From Fistulifera solaris (taxonomy: Eukaryota), in NCBI GenBank assembly GCA_030295235.1, contig AP026125.1:1-64000 (forward strand): a stretch of DNA of 64,000 nucleotides, given 5' to 3'. The position numbers were made by a program, and so were the translations under genes. Shown piece by piece: positions 22,120 through 35,447 of the stretch. The notes under the pieces were generated by a model that saw nothing but the letters and a program-made list of their open reading frames with translations, had not been told where the DNA came from and did no database searches. Every line of letters begins with the position of its first letter. Positions within the stretch are counted from its first letter, which is position 1.

Positions 22120-24126
22120 TTAACGGCTTCGGAATCCCTCTTCTATGTCGGGATTTGTATCTTGAACGGTCGACGAATGTGTGCGTGCCCGCAGTGGACT
22201 TTGCGCAACCGCACCAGAAGACGAAGTCATTGAGGAGTCGGCATGGCTGAGAATACGCAACAACCCGACCACGGGACGGCCGGTGGGACCCAGAGGTATA
22301 TTGTGTGGACGACTGGGCGTGCTGCTATTGTCATCCAGCGGCATGTTCAAATGCGACGGAATGTCAGTTCGACAAATGGGACAACTACGAGCCTGAAGCA
22401 GCCATTCGCGACAGCACTGTTTGTGAAATACATGCTTGCAATACGTTTCGACCACGACATCTGATCGTCGAAAATCCTCCATGCAAATACAGCATTCTCT
22501 TGGATAGTCACCCGAGGTAACGTTCGGTACGAGTGGTAACATTTCAATGCATGTGCTAGGCGCTCCCGTGTTACTGTAAGCGGCCGGAAAGACTGGTTGT
22601 GATGCTCCAGACTGTGACATTTGCGAAGATGATGGATTGTAGCCATTGTACGTCAACAAGGCCGCCACTATGCAGAATGGAAGGAGGTATCCGCAAATAA
22701 TCGTAGCCCATGCCGCAATACTCAGAGAAATAAAAGCAGCACTTGCATTGTAAAGTTCTGGAGCTGTATCACGGCATGTATTGTCACGATCCACAAAAAC
22801 TGAATTGATCCCCAAGCGCAATACCAGCACGGCGTAAATCAAATAGGCAATGTTGTAAACCACCACACGCACTGGGATTCGTTGATTCGATGTCCCGTCC
22901 CAAGAAAACACAACGCGCATGATATCCGTCCGAAAAACGTCGAGCACCAACTGCAAGGTCACCAACCAAAAATATGGCTTGAGCGGCACGTCACATGCCT
23001 TGTCGAACGATACAACGTAAGAACTGGTGAGTACCACCCAACACACCAATACTGCAAATAAGAGCAGACTGAACAAGAGAGCAACAAAGGTAATCACCAA
23101 CTGGAATCGACGATTGATGCGGATCCACCGCATACGGGCTCTCCGTTCCGGGTCGTTGCTATCGGATGGATCTGTCGCGTGCAAGGAAGCGTTCGATACT
23201 CGTGCCGGTGTCCCTGGTGTTCTCGAGAGATCAATCGATCCTCCTTGAACGTTTGACGCATCTCCCTGCATGGGGCTGCTCATAGTATTCAAGCTATTGT
23301 TGCTGGCGTCGGTGGTCATATCAATCGAAGACCTTCCTGGCGTAGATGGTCCGTGATAATCTGTCGCTGCAATGTTATTATTGATGTTGTGGCGGTGGTT
23401 ATCCTGCGGCAAAAACGTTAACGCTCGTGATGAAAGAGCCGAACAAGGTAAGTCTTCAGTAGCAGCGCGTCCACGGCGTCGTCGTACTCGATGCGGTTGC
23501 AATAAATGATCACGAAGGCGCGCTGCGTCCGATTCCGATTGCGTGCGGTGTCGTGGAGGCCTCCGATGATCGCCTTCCATGGAAGGTTCATAATTAGCAT
23601 CACAGTGCAAATCAAAATTATTGAGTAAATTGCGCGGACGAATAATGGATGTTTGGTTGTCGTCTTCTTCATCTTTGTCGTCTGCGTGTTGTGCAGCGTC
23701 GCTGTCTTTGACTTCTCGTTTCGCTCGGATCCAGTTTGTAATAGCAGCCATCCCGGCGTCTAACGACGCTCGGAGCCCCATTTTCGGGGCATCTTCGTCG
23801 CTTTCTACTGACTCGTAGTGGATCGATCCAGAAGTATCTTCTCTCAAAGACATGCTTCTTCTCGCAAAAGGTGTCATAGGAATGCTAGTACAACACAACG
23901 GATCGTTTGTTTGATGATGCTCATTTTCAAGATCTTGTAAACACGGAAACGTCTCTTCAATCCTTCCCGATGACTCTCCTTCTATACTAAGATCATTCGA
24001 AACGTCACAGGAATACCGTGAACTGGTGGTTGAAAGGGGAGAAGAAGCCTCGGTGTCGCAATCGTGCATTCTTTTCTCCGTCATCGACAGAGGATCCCCC
24101 CGATCCTTTGCCTCTTTCGCTCTCAT
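22120..24126 (-). CDS. Multi-pass membrane RING-H2 E3 ubiquitin ligase
   Basis: 668-aa ORF with about 4 hydrophobic segments and CCICMEDF...CKHVFHKQCCREWL...CPICR. Confidence 0.9.
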   Translation of the reverse strand: MRAKEAKDRGDPLSMTEKRMHDCDTEASSPLSTTSSRYSCDVSNDLSIEGESSGRIEETFPCLQDLENEHHQTNDPLCCTSIPMTPFARRSMSLREDTSGSIHYESVESDEDAPKMGLRASLDAGMAAITNWIRAKREVKDSDAAQHADDKDEEDDNQTSIIRPRNLLNNFDLHCDANYEPSMEGDHRRPPRHRTQSESDAARLRDHLLQPHRVRRRRGRAATEDLPCSALSSRALTFLPQDNHRHNINNNIAATDYHGPSTPGRSSIDMTTDASNNSLNTMSSPMQGDASNVQGGSIDLSRTPGTPARVSNASLHATDPSDSNDPERRARMRWIRINRRFQLVITFVALLFSLLLFAVLVCWVVLTSSYVVSFDKACDVPLKPYFWLVTLQLVLDVFRTDIMRVVFSWDGTSNQRIPVRVVVYNIAYLIYAVLVLRLGINSVFVDRDNTCRDTAPELYNASAAFISLSIAAWATIICGYLLPFCIVAALLTYNGYNPSSSQMSQSGASQPVFPAAYSNTGAPSTCIEMLPLVPNVTSGDYPRECCICMEDFRRSDVVVETYCKHVFHKQCCREWLLQARSCPICRTDIPSHLNMPLDDNSSTPSRPHNIPLGPTGRPVVGLLRILSHADSSMTSSSGAVAQSPLRARTHSSTVQDTNPDIEEGFRSR

Positions 24127-24941
24127 TCCCGTGATTTATACGTCAGGACTTTTTCTCTGAAAATGCGCGATCGGTTAGCCTTTGCAACCTTATTGCTTGC
24201 AAAGGAGAATGAATGTTAAGGTATAGATAGCTGACAACGACAACGCGATGCCATCGTCGCGGTTGTCGCGTTTCTATTTTCTCTCGTCCGCATACTGCGC
24301 ACCGGTGTGAGCCGCACTGCTTCATTGCTGGGTCACGAAAAGGACGTCGACACCAGGCGGATGATGCTCTTTCCGTTGAGGTACACATTACTATCGTCAG
24401 CAATGTTTGCGGTATTGAATTGTACACAAAGACTCAGACATTTCCTGCGCGCTTCTCATAGTCGGCTGGCAGGCGACACGCAAAAAACGAAAGGTGCTTG
24501 CGGCGCCCGAGCACCTTTCGTCCTTTTCGTTACGCAAACGACCATGGGTGGACCTTGTCGTTCGTTCTTCCTCCAACAACGATTAACAGTTCATTTCCCT
24601 CGATTATTCGCTCATTTGACTGTTGGTAAGTGTAGGAAATGCGTTGCTGTGATTCGGGTGCCAGCGATAGGAAAAAAGAGCCGAACGAGGAATGAGAAAC
24701 GAGACAGAATGTCGTCCTTCAGTGTCTTTCGTTGTAATTATCTGTATTTGCTTGCAAGCATTTATTGCTGATTCATCTATTCTCTCTGTTTCATTCATGC
24801 GTAATTTCTCATTTGTGCGCTTTTATTCTACATAGAGAAATAAGGACAAGCGAGCATACAACTGATAAACTGATCATCTCAAAGACACTCTTGTTCTCGT
24901 CTTCTTTTTCGGCACAATAACAAAACAGACGAACAAAAAGA

Positions 24942-26089
24942 ATGTCAAATAATAATAATGACAACTGGATCGATTCGATGATCGATGTGTTGCTTTCTGC
25001 GCGCAACAAGAAACCAGGTGCACCGATTGATTTGCAAGAACGGGACATTTCGCAATTGTGCATGCAAGCGCGCGATATTTTCCTCAATCAACCCATGCTT
25101 CTTGAACTAGGAGCGCCGATTAAAATTTGTGGTGATACGCACGGTCAATACACGGACTTGTTGCGTCTCTTCGAATATGGTGGATTTTCCTCCGGAGGTG
25201 AGTGCAGTGTCGTGACTTCGCTCGGGAAATTTCGAGTCTTCCGATTCGTTGAACCACACGGTGACATGTTTGCTTGTGCTACTAAGCTCACTTTTTCTTC
25301 GTCTCTCATTCTCTTCGAACAGGCAAACTACTTGTTTCTAGGCGATTACGTCGACCGAGGCAAACAGTCGATAGAAGTGGTCTGTCTTCTTTTGCGTACA
25401 AGATCAAGTATCCGGAAAACTTCTTCTTGCTTCGCGGAAATCACGAATGTGCCGGCATCAACCGTATCTACGGCTTCTATGATGAGTGCCGTCGTCGCTT
25501 CTCGGTTAAAATGTGGAAGCAATTTTGCAACACGTTCAATTGCTTGCCCTGCACGGCGGTCATTGATGACAAAATTATTTGCATGCACGGTGGACTGAGT
25601 CCCGAACTCGCGCAGATGGAGCAAATCGCCAACATTGCCCGGCCGTGTGACGTGCCGGATACGGGGCTTTTGTGTGACATTCTTTGGGCGGATCCGGATC
25701 CGAGTATTACGGTAAGAACACTGAAGATGGAAGTCTGAGTAATGCTGTGAATACTCTAACTTAAAGTCTTCTATCTACAGGGATGGGGTGAAAATGATCG
25801 AGGCGTATCGTTTACTTTTGGTGGAGATGTAGTGCGTCAATTCTTACGCCGTCATGACTTGGACCTAGTCGTTCGGGCGCATCAAGTTGTCGAAGATGGT
25901 TACGAATTCTTTGCCGGTCGAGAACTCGTCACGGTGTTCTCGGCGCCCAACTACTGCGGTGAATTCGACAATGCGGGTGCTATGATGACAGTCGACGATA
26001 CACTCATGTGTTCGTTTCAAATTCTGAAACCAGCCACACAGCAACAACAGCGCGCTGGGTACGGGCGAGCAGGAACACCTTCGAGGTAA
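24942..26089 (+). CDS. PP1: Serine/threonine protein phosphatase 1 catalytic subunit (2 introns)
   Basis: [38 protein letters not shown]. Confidence 0.96.
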
Positions 26090-26294
26090 AAAGACCGATT
26101 AATTGCAGTTTAGCAATTCAACTTAAGATTATTCTCCTTTGTTACATTTCCCGGTGTGTAGTAATTATTTAAGTCGATGATACAAAGTGCTCTTCAAGTG
26201 AGGCGGAGAAAAACGTGAAATCGGGCATTCCGCAAGGTTCGCTGCGTTGCAAAGATTTAACAGCTGTGACGTAGACGGTTCTTGCAAACGAACC

Positions 26295-26807
26295 TTATTC
26301 TCCAGGCATTTTTGCCTTTGTTACTCCCTCAAAAAATCCTTCCAACCCGTATGCTGAACATACAACACGAATGCCTTTCGAGATACGATGCTGTTCATTC
26401 TCTAGTTTTCGCAAAAGCTGAACTTGCTCCTCGTTCACCTGCCTAATTGCAGTTTCAAGCTCCTGATTCAAACGATCCGAGACATCTTCTGTCTTTTTAT
26501 CAATATCTCTCCTCCACCTTCGTGCCTCCCAAAATCTTTCGAAATCTTGCTGCGCTACGCGAAATTCTTCAGTGATGGCTGCGTCTATTTCTGCCGTTGT
26601 TTTCTTATACGCACTAAATATTGCCTCGGATCGTGCTTCCAGTTCGTTGAAACGTTGTTGACCTTCCGTCTCCACCTTTTCTATGAGAAAGACAAGGGCG
26701 CTGCGCAGCGCTTCTAAATCATCGCTTTTCAATTCCGGATTCTGATTATTGTCGTTGTCGTTATAGATCCCGTAAAAGGCCGGTGGAACTGGACGTCGGA
26801 CGTTCAT
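26295..26807 (-). CDS. Orphan coiled-coil protein, VPPxFYGIY family copy 1
   Basis: 170-aa ORF: RPVPPAFYGIYNDND...VVCSAYG. Confidence 0.8.
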   Translation of the reverse strand: MNVRRPVPPAFYGIYNDNDNNQNPELKSDDLEALRSALVFLIEKVETEGQQRFNELEARSEAIFSAYKKTTAEIDAAITEEFRVAQQDFERFWEARRWRRDIDKKTEDVSDRLNQELETAIRQVNEEQVQLLRKLENEQHRISKGIRVVCSAYGLEGFFEGVTKAKMPGE

Positions 26808-28768
26808 TGTTGTTTACGGTGTATTCTTTACGAAAGAAACAAGAAGTTAGTTGTTGTTCTTTGATGTCATGATCATCGTCGTCTTTTGCTTTTACAGCCA
26901 TAATGAGGTGTAGCTTCAGTACATTTTTACACAAAACGTCTTCTACACGCCAGCCGGCCCGTCGCGGAAGAAAAAAGTCTCACTATTTTATCGCCAAAAA
27001 ATGATGAAAGTTTGACAAACGCTCTGTAACTTGATTTGCCGTATTTCGCGACTGAACTACACCATTTATCCTCTTTATTTACCGCTGACATGGGTGGTAT
27101 TATTTCCGTCGCGAAATCCGTTGTTCTTGATACGAAAAATTGAAGCCGAAAATATATGCCTGGTCCTCGGTTAACCATTTTGTTTTCGCTATAAAGCAGA
27201 TAAAAGAAGTGCTTAGAACATGCTTTGCAGTACCATAACTCGTAGCGCCAAAAAGGGAACTGTTTTATTAGAGTAATTCGTCCAGGGCTACGAATTTCCG
27301 TGCTGAGGCACAAATTTATATGCGGCGAGCCGAAAGTATCCTGGGTCATTTTCGATCGCCTTTTTCTTATAAAAATAACATGAAGAGCGACTAGCGACTG
27401 ATCATGGATAGTAAATGTAAAGCATAAGCACTTCGCAAGTTTTATTTGATAAATGTGTTTATCGTCGATCCCAAAGGTTCGTGAAAGGTTGTTCCGTCGA
27501 TTGCACTCGTTTTCTGTCCAGTCTGATACTTACTTTCGAAGGTAGAGTGAAAGCAACCGGTTTTAAAACTTAATGGATTTCTTGGCTACACTTCACATCA
27601 TCCATTTCCTAAGTATAAAACAAAGATTACTACTTAAAAATTGGAAGCAGACGACAGATTGAAGTTTTGCAGATAGATGAGCTCCACCAAGTGCCGCGCG
27701 ATGACGGAAGAAACTCGTCCGAGTAAGTTTAAGGTCGCAGCATAAGAAATAAAGGACGATAAACAATGCTCCAAGTCCGTATAAACCACTGGTGACAGTC
27801 AGTTCATTTTCTTTCTTACCAGGTAGCGACATTTTCAAACTAGCCAAGAAATTCTGTCCTATGCGTATAAAGTGCCATAGAAGCAGTCGTCGTGCCACCC
27901 GAACGAGTGAGAAGAACCATTTATACGTTGATTAAAAGGCTTGGAGTACAAACAAGGACGTATAGTTGCGCTTATTACGCATATGAGTCAACGAAAGATG
28001 TGATGATTGCTGCAAGAAGAAGAGCAGCCCTCGAGGAATCGGTCGACACACAACTGCGGGCACAGGATATCTGCCTACGCTTAATTACAAATGAATAAGA
28101 GTCTATGAACGTTTTCAAAGTTCACAGGGATGCTTCATACTTTGTTTAGGGATATATTCTGAGAAGATTTGTGAAAATTGACGACTAAAAAGAAAAGTTA
28201 TTTACCTATTTGTCCCCTTAGCTCATCCCCCGTAAAATTCCCACTTTCTACTTCATAGTAAAAATATGGTTGGTACTCGTCTACGTAGTCCTACGGCTCG
28301 ACTACGACATGCGCAGCCAACTGTACCAGGTATCGTCTTCGTTTTGGTAACCGGCGAAGGCCTGGTGACGTGATTTAATAAAACTTTAGTCCCGACCGAC
28401 ATCGACTTTATTTTGCGTCTTGTCGCGCAAAAGTCGATACCATACGTAGTCTCTAGTAGAGCGTAATATTTATGAAAAATGAATTTAGTTCGAAGTTGGT
28501 AGTCAGAAGGCGTTTTGGGCTCTAATCGGTTCTATCACCTTATCTTAGTCGTCCTCTAACTCTCATAATTTTGAATGATGCGAGTTCGAGGCACCAAATT
28601 CTCTCGTCTAGATTCACCTTCTAATGAGTTTTCAAACAGCTCGCTCTCTCTTGCCTTTCTCTTTTACAAGACTTCACATGCACACAGCAACCATCGAAAG
28701 TAGCGTCTTAGCCGCTCAGCATTCTTTCCCCATCTGCTCTGTAGAAATGAAAACCTCCGCAGTTACCA

Positions 28769-29300
28769 TTACGATGATTCATCATCAGACGACTCGTCGG
28801 GGAACCATCCATAGGCATCCAGTACAACAGCAAGATCAGCTGTAATGTCATCAATTCTATTGTTTGTCTTGCGGATAAGCTCATTCCGATGTTCCGCTAG
28901 TTCTCTTACAGTTTTTTCGACAACATTGTTAGCCACTTCAAGTGTATCGTTCGCTTTCTTCATAATAACATCTTTCAAATGCAGCGCCTCTTCATATGTG
29001 CATTTGTCTTTGTTCAAGTCGCGACCCAATTGTTGTCGCTCTGCTCTGGCTACCGATAGAATTTCCTCCTTCTTCCTTTCGAATTCCGCCATTATACTTT
29101 CCACTTGTTCATCCATGACAATAATACGTGCCCGACAATCCATCTGCGCCGCCTCAACAAGAGAATACGCTGCTTTTTCCAAAGCTTCGACTACACCGTC
29201 CGTCAGAGTGTTCCAAAATGATCCTCGTCATCGTCATCGTCATCATAGATGCCGTAAAACGGTGGGGGACCTCTTGTCGCGTGCTCATTTCTTCATCCAT
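28769..29300 (-). CDS. VPPxFYGIY family copy 2 (frameshifted near the N-terminus)
   Basis: Upstream of the listed ORF the minus strand reads MDEEMSTRQEVP-PPFYGIYDDDDDD; C-terminus IDDITADLAVVLDAYGW. Confidence 0.75.
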
Positions 29301-30003
29301 TTGCACAGTTAATCCTTTTTATCTTCTGCTGCAGCAAATTCTCCTTTAAGCTGTTGAAGTCTTTGTCATTCATTTCGTTCATTTTGTCATCATTGCATCG
29401 CATTTGTTCGCAATGCAACAATAAATGCGAGAAAACCGCTTGTGACATTTGCGACACAGAATGCGGTACTAAGAGTATATCAGAAATCAACTATTCAAAA
29501 TTCTGCTTAGGTACACTTGTGACGTTGGGAATACCGCATGCGTGGCACGAAAACACTATACTCAGAAATAATAGAAGCACGTTTGACAATACTGCACCTA
29601 AAATTACTCTATAGAGTGCATATACTCCATGCTTGTTTATCTTTTATTCTAGATTATAGCCATCATCGAATCTAAAATTTTCTCTTATTTTATATCTTTC
29701 GACACCCGAAATGCAACTCTTATGACTCGAAGACCCTGTCTGCGAGGCCAAGGCTCGATTGATTTCCCAAAGGCGAAGTTGCGCAACCTCATAAGCTAGA
29801 TATTTATGCCGAATCGAGATCAAACAATCGATAGCTTCTTGTAGCATTTGGCTTTTAAGTCGACTAGAAAGGTTGCAACATTAGACGGAATATCCGGTAG
29901 CAGAGTTGCTAGTGCGACAGCCTTCGCCGACCTTGACATTGAAAGACTTTTCGCTCGTCGATCTGATATTTCTGTTATCCGTAATACAAAAGAGCGATTG
30001 CGA

Positions 30004-30513
30004 CTAAACATCAAACTCATTGATATCAAAACCGTGCGCATTGATTACCGCATTGAGATCCATTGCTACGTCATGAATTTTAAGGTTGTTGTCTTCAATT
30101 AACTGATTCCGCTCCTCCGTCAACTGCATGGCCGTGAACAACATATCGTCAACGTCTTCTGTAGAGCCTGTCTCTATGCCATCCCCATTGTCGTGATCAC
30201 CGTCGTCGTTATCGTCCTCTGCAATGCTGGGTGAAGCATTCCAGAGCAGTTGCACGGCTCGTTGGAATACGTTGTCGGTTTCCGAAGAAAGAGTGCCGGT
30301 GTCTCTCCGACAGGATGTTAGAATAGCCATCAATCGAGTCTCCAAAGGAGATATTTGATCTTGAGTTTTCTTTTGGATGGCATCAATCATTGCAAATGTG
30401 GCTTTATGCAAAATGTTCATATCCTCTTTCGTGAAGCGCGGATTGTCGTCGTTATCATTGTCGTTGTATATTCCGTAAAACGGCGGCGGCACCTGCGGTC
30501 GCTCGTTTTCCAT
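30004..30513 (-). CDS. VPPxFYGIY family copy 3
   Basis: MENERPQVPPPFYGIYNDND...IHDVAMDLNAVINAHGF, 169 aa. Confidence 0.8.
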   Translation of the reverse strand: MENERPQVPPPFYGIYNDNDNDDNPRFTKEDMNILHKATFAMIDAIQKKTQDQISPLETRLMAILTSCRRDTGTLSSETDNVFQRAVQLLWNASPSIAEDDNDDGDHDNGDGIETGSTEDVDDMLFTAMQLTEERNQLIEDNNLKIHDVAMDLNAVINAHGFDINEFDV

Positions 30514-30825
30514 TCTGTTACACTGTTCTTCGTTGATGTTGGAACTGATAGAGGTTTTGATACGCATAACACATCCATTCGAAGGTGAAAGCATTTTTGT
30601 TGAATGAGAGCTTCATTTTTTTTTTCGGCAAAGTGCTGAAATGCCACGTACGACGTACAGGTCTTGGTTTTAGGGGAGGGCTATATAGCTATTCCTAGGT
30701 ATAGGCTATTAAGCTACTCGTATATAGGCTCTCTAGGGCTAGGGCAGGGTGAGGAAAGACGACAAAAGGTTTTATTCTAAAATAAAATACTAGAAAAACC
30801 GTCATCATGTAGCAAAAACTCGATA

Positions 30826-31335
30826 TCACTCGGCATTATCGAGGTTTTGAGAAAACAGGCGAGCCATATCGGGATGGGTCCAACCGTGTGCCGTCATTAC
30901 AATTGTCAAATCCAGTATGATTTCACGGACTTTGTTGTCGTAGTCAAGCATCAACTGCTCACGTTCTTCTTCAATTCGCCACAACACAACAAGCAGGTCC
31001 TCAAAATCGTCTTCAGTTTCGACTACAATATTGTCCGCTTCCATCTCAATAAGATCCGACGGAACATGCGAAAATTTCTCTAGAGCCTCTTCAAACATTA
31101 CGGGATCGCCAGTAAACCGTTTCAACGCAGTCACAATGCCCATCATTTTTGGCTCCATAGGCGCAAAGTGCGCTAGCATTTTCTGGCGCGCAGCTATCTC
31201 CATGGCACAGGAGGCTCGATACAAGACTTCCAAATCATCTCGAGTGAATTCGCTGGGCTCATCGTCATCGTAGATGCCGTAAAACGGCGGCGGGACGTAG
31301 GGTCGGTCCTCCAATTCTGGGTCTTCTCTTTCCAT
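30826..31335 (-). CDS. VPPxFYGIY family copy 4
   Basis: RPYVPPPFYGIYDDD...VREIILDLTIVMTAHGW, 169 aa. Confidence 0.8.
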   Translation of the reverse strand: MEREDPELEDRPYVPPPFYGIYDDDEPSEFTRDDLEVLYRASCAMEIAARQKMLAHFAPMEPKMMGIVTALKRFTGDPVMFEEALEKFSHVPSDLIEMEADNIVVETEDDFEDLLVVLWRIEEEREQLMLDYDNKVREIILDLTIVMTAHGWTHPDMARLFSQNLDNAE

Positions 31336-31700
31336 CGTAAAGGATCCGCGGAGCTATGTCGATAAACGTTACTTCGAGACACCAAAGTTCAATGGTAAAG
31401 GATTGTTACGGATAGCATCGAAAAGAATTGTGTGAAGTTTTGATGCACCGAGAGGCCGAGGAACGCAAAAACCAAAAACAGCTAAGGTTACGACTCATGA
31501 CTTAAGCCAGTCGTGGATAAAATCGTCTACACCTTGGTACCATAGTAAATTTTTGTGAAGCCGATTTCGATGACGCAGGAAAAAAGAAAAAGAGGGACAT
31601 TTTCATTTCTGATTTGCTCTCTCCGTTTCTTCATTTTGACCATTATCAAATTTTTTCTCTTTGTTATTACAAATCTCTTATTTGTCAATTCACGGCAACG

Positions 31701-33433
31701 ATGACAGATCCTACTTCTTCAAAGATTACCGTCATTCACTGCTGGTCCGCTCCCCGCAGTCGCTCGACGGCTCTTTTGTACAGTTTTGAAGCACGTGACG
31801 ATTGTTGTGCCCTCGATGAACCGTTATATCGACAATGGATGATCGACAATCCGCAAATCCCTCGGCCTTATCGTACAGAAATGATCGAAGGAGCACCGGG
31901 ATGGGAAAAGGAGCAGCTTTCTTTGTCGGATCGACTGCAAACGGCGATGAGTCGTCATCGAGTCATTTTTGCAAGCACATGGCAAAACATGCTCCGCAAT
32001 TTGATTTCAAGCAATATCCCGACACGGAAACGGTTCGGCACAAACATGTCTTGCTCATCCGCGATCCGGTCGCCGTCTTGTCGTCGTGGAAACAGTCTTC
32101 GGAAGTGCACGGCGAAGACATTCCGACCGCATCGGAGATCGGGTTGCTGGATTTGTTGCAAATTCATGCTGCCGTTTCCAATGCAGCTGTCGTATTGAAT
32201 TCCGATGGTTTAGTACAAAATCCGCCGCAAATACTCAAGGAACTTTGTGATTCTTTGAATATTCCGTACACCGAGCAAATGATGCGTTGGAAGAGTGGTC
32301 CTCACGAGTGTGATGGACCGTGGGCGCCATGGTGGTATCACCAAGTCCATCAATCGGTCGGCTGGAATGAATCAAATCACACTGAAACGCGTTATCGTAC
32401 GGTACCCGTTGAGTTTCAGCCCTGTCTGCAAGTGAGTTATGCCGCGTATCAGTATTTCATGACTTTGCAGAAACAACCCGTGATTCCCTTTGAATATGAA
32501 GATCCCCGCAATGCCCATTTGTTAGTGTATGTCGGTACACCGAGTCGCGGAGGACGCTTGATTCCAAGAATTCAAGCCGGTATCAGTCCGTGGGATTCCT
32601 CTGTACAAGGAGGAGATGCGGTTTGGGAAGGGATTCGTGTGTATCGCGGCAAATTGTTGCATCTGGATCAACATTTGCGCCGTTTACTCAATTCCGCCAA
32701 GGCTTTGGGATTCCAACAGGTCCACACCAAAGAACAGATTACACAAGCGATCTTTCAGACACTCGCAGCGAACGGTATGCGGGATGGTGCTCACATGCGT
32801 TTGACCTTGACACGCGGCGAAAAGTATTCCAGTAGTATGAATCCTGTCTTTAACGTGTACGGGACGACGCTCATTGTGTTGGCGGAATGGAAACCGACAC
32901 AGGGACGTACCACGTACGACAACGTCAAAGGTGTATCACTCATCAGTGCAAGTCAGCGGCGCAATTCTCCCAATACGGTCGACTCCAAAATTCATCACAA
33001 CAACTTGATCAACAACATTTTACCCAAAATTCAAGCCAATTTGGCCGACTGCGCTGATGCGATCATGCTGGATGTGGATGGTTATGTTGCGGAGACGAAT
33101 GCTACGAATCTATTTCTGGTGGACCAAGATGGAGTTCTGGTAACACCGTCTCCGGATCATTGTTTGCCCGGAATCACACGCAACACGGTTTTGGATTTAG
33201 CGCGCGAGTTAAACATTCCCATTCAGGAACGTCGGGTTAGTTTGGCGGAATTCCATTTTGCAGAGGAAGTTTTTACGACAGGAACCATGGGTGAATTAAC
33301 ACCCGTGACCTGTATTGATGGCCGTGTAATTGGGAGTGGTGTTCGCGGTCCTATTACGACTCGTTTACAAGACGTGTATCAAACCTTACCCGAACGGGAT
33401 GGTTACGCCACGGCCATCCCTGAGTTTTACTAG
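31701..33433 (+). CDS. Branched-chain aminotransferase-like protein: sulfotransferase-like P-loop domain fused to class IV aminotransferase (one frameshift ~31970)
   Basis: WSAPRSRSTALLYSF, CKHMAKH, LLIRDP, GDAVWEGIRVY, AETNATNLF, LPGITR, EVFTTGTMGE. Confidence 0.92.
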
Positions 33434-33477
33434 AGGCTTGTACTTTTATAACCTTAACCTGACATTTTGACTTTGAA

Positions 33478-34769
33478 TTAAACCAATAAATGGTCGTCAG
33501 CACCACCATTTTCGTTGTCATTCGTTTCACTCAACAAATCTGTCGGCTCTATTACGGATGCTACACGTCCTGCGTCTTCTTGTTCCCAATCGGGCCGTGC
33601 ATCACTCTTCTGTGCACCCTCTACTTCGTCTTCTGGTTCCGGTAGCATCCACTCGTGTCCCCACGTATTTCCATGGACATCCACGTCTTCCTCCAGCAAA
33701 ACACCATTTCCTACGACACTTCCCACACCAAACGATGCAATCGCTTCCCGTAACGCGTAATAGGCTGGTTTTCGTTGATACTCTTCATCGAAAATTAAAG
33801 GCTGATCGTCATAATAAAAGTGCGACACCCACGTATGTTTGTCGGTAAACCCCCACAACCAAATCCCGTCGCACGAGGGTTCACTGAGTGCGGCGACGAC
33901 TAAATCATGATAGATTTGTTTTTGCGCTACCGTCTCTAGTACAGGATTCTCCAAACGACTCGTTCGGACATCGACCTCACTCAAGTTGACGGTCAATCCC
34001 AAATCTCCAAGGCGACGAATTTGCTGTTTCAGCATGCGTGGTGTGGGTGGACGATTCCGACCGGTTCCGGCCGCATTGAAGTGTCCTTGCATGCCGCAAC
34101 CGTGAATGGGGACCTGTTTCGCTTTCAAATCCGCCAGTAGGTGATAAAAGGCATCACCTTTCGGCGTATCAATAGCTTCCACTTTATTGTCATTGTATAA
34201 AAGCACAGCATCCGGATCGGCTTGATGCGCCCATCGAAAGCATTCTTCGATATACGACGGACCCAATTTTTGCAGAAAGATGTTTTCTGCTAAACTCCCA
34301 TCGGGCGCGAGGGCTTCATTCACAACATCCCACGTCCGAATTCGTCCTCGAAAATACCCCATGACCGTACAAATATGACGTTGTAATGTTCCCGCAATTG
34401 ATCTGCGGTCAATTGCTGCAAACAAGGAGGACTCGTGACATGCCACACCAACACGTGTCCCTTGATTTTCTTATGATGTTGCAAAGCCCAATTCACGACA
34501 ATATCTGCCTGCGTAAAATCATATTGTCCCAAACATCGAATGTCATTGAGATCATTTTTACCTTCTCCTAACAACGGTCCCCATTTCAGGTCGTGTTCGA
34601 CGACAATCGCATTAAATTCACGTTGGAGGGTCGCCTTATAAAGGGACTCGGCTTGCAAGGGTTGCTGTAACACAGCGGTTCCGATATCGATGTGTTTGCA
34701 AGCGCGGGATGCCGCATGCGATAACGAATGATGATTGTTGTTGTCCTTGTGATGATTGTTGCGTGTCAT
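33478..34769 (-). CDS. Glycoside hydrolase family 10 (endo-1,4-beta-xylanase-like), one frameshift ~34390
   Basis: EHDLKW, KGHVLVWH, WDVVNE (acid/base), LLYND, GMQGH, SEVDV (nucleophile), WGFTDKHTW. Confidence 0.92.
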
Positions 34770-35447
34770 TGCGTAAAAAAAGAAATGAAAAGACTAGGAA
34801 ATCAACAAAGATAAGTTTTGTTGTTTGCTGCAAAATGGGCGTAACGAAAAAGATGACTTCATTTGTAGTGTCGCATCGGCTTAAGACTTACGTAACGCGA
34901 AACGTACAAGTATGTCAAGAACCACTGTGGAACAGCTTGTAGGTCAGGACTGAGACATGAAATCTAGTCCCGGAGGAAAGTTTCTCACACTTTGAGATCA
35001 TAATAATAGTGCCTTGCGAGAATCTAATCCGGGATAAATGAGCCATAAACTTGGTGCCTACTCGAAGAAATGTCTAGGTTTAGCTGGCTTCGAAGAGAAA
35101 CTTTTAGAAGAAAAGAGGGCGGCTACAGTGAGATGCGCAAAAACTCGGTATGGATTTGAAAGTTGATCGAGTAGTACCGGGTAGACTGGGAACGATCCTC
35201 TGACACTCTTTGCGACCTAGTCTAGTAGATATCGATGTCATATAATAAGGAACCCTACAATTTTACGGAAGTTTATGCTAGTTTCATTGTCTACAGAACC
35301 AACACAGTTCAACAAGGACGTTATAGACAAAGCCGTTGACACGTCCCCGCAATCGATTCGAGTCGGAAATTGAGTCGCTAACTCATTAATCTCAAAAAAG
35401 CTTTCGTAAACGTAGAAAAACAGCACGGTCGTTGTCGACGACTCTTA

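Noticed and set aside
26900..28700. Short ORFs between family copies 1 and 2
   Set aside because: No motif or family signature found; AT-rich and probably intergenic
29644..30041. Possible small frameshifted minus-strand gene
   Set aside because: No homology evidence within the window
30665..30755. Telomere-like G-rich stretch (tttaggggaggg, ctagggctagggcaggg)
   Set aside because: Too short and degenerate to call an interstitial telomere
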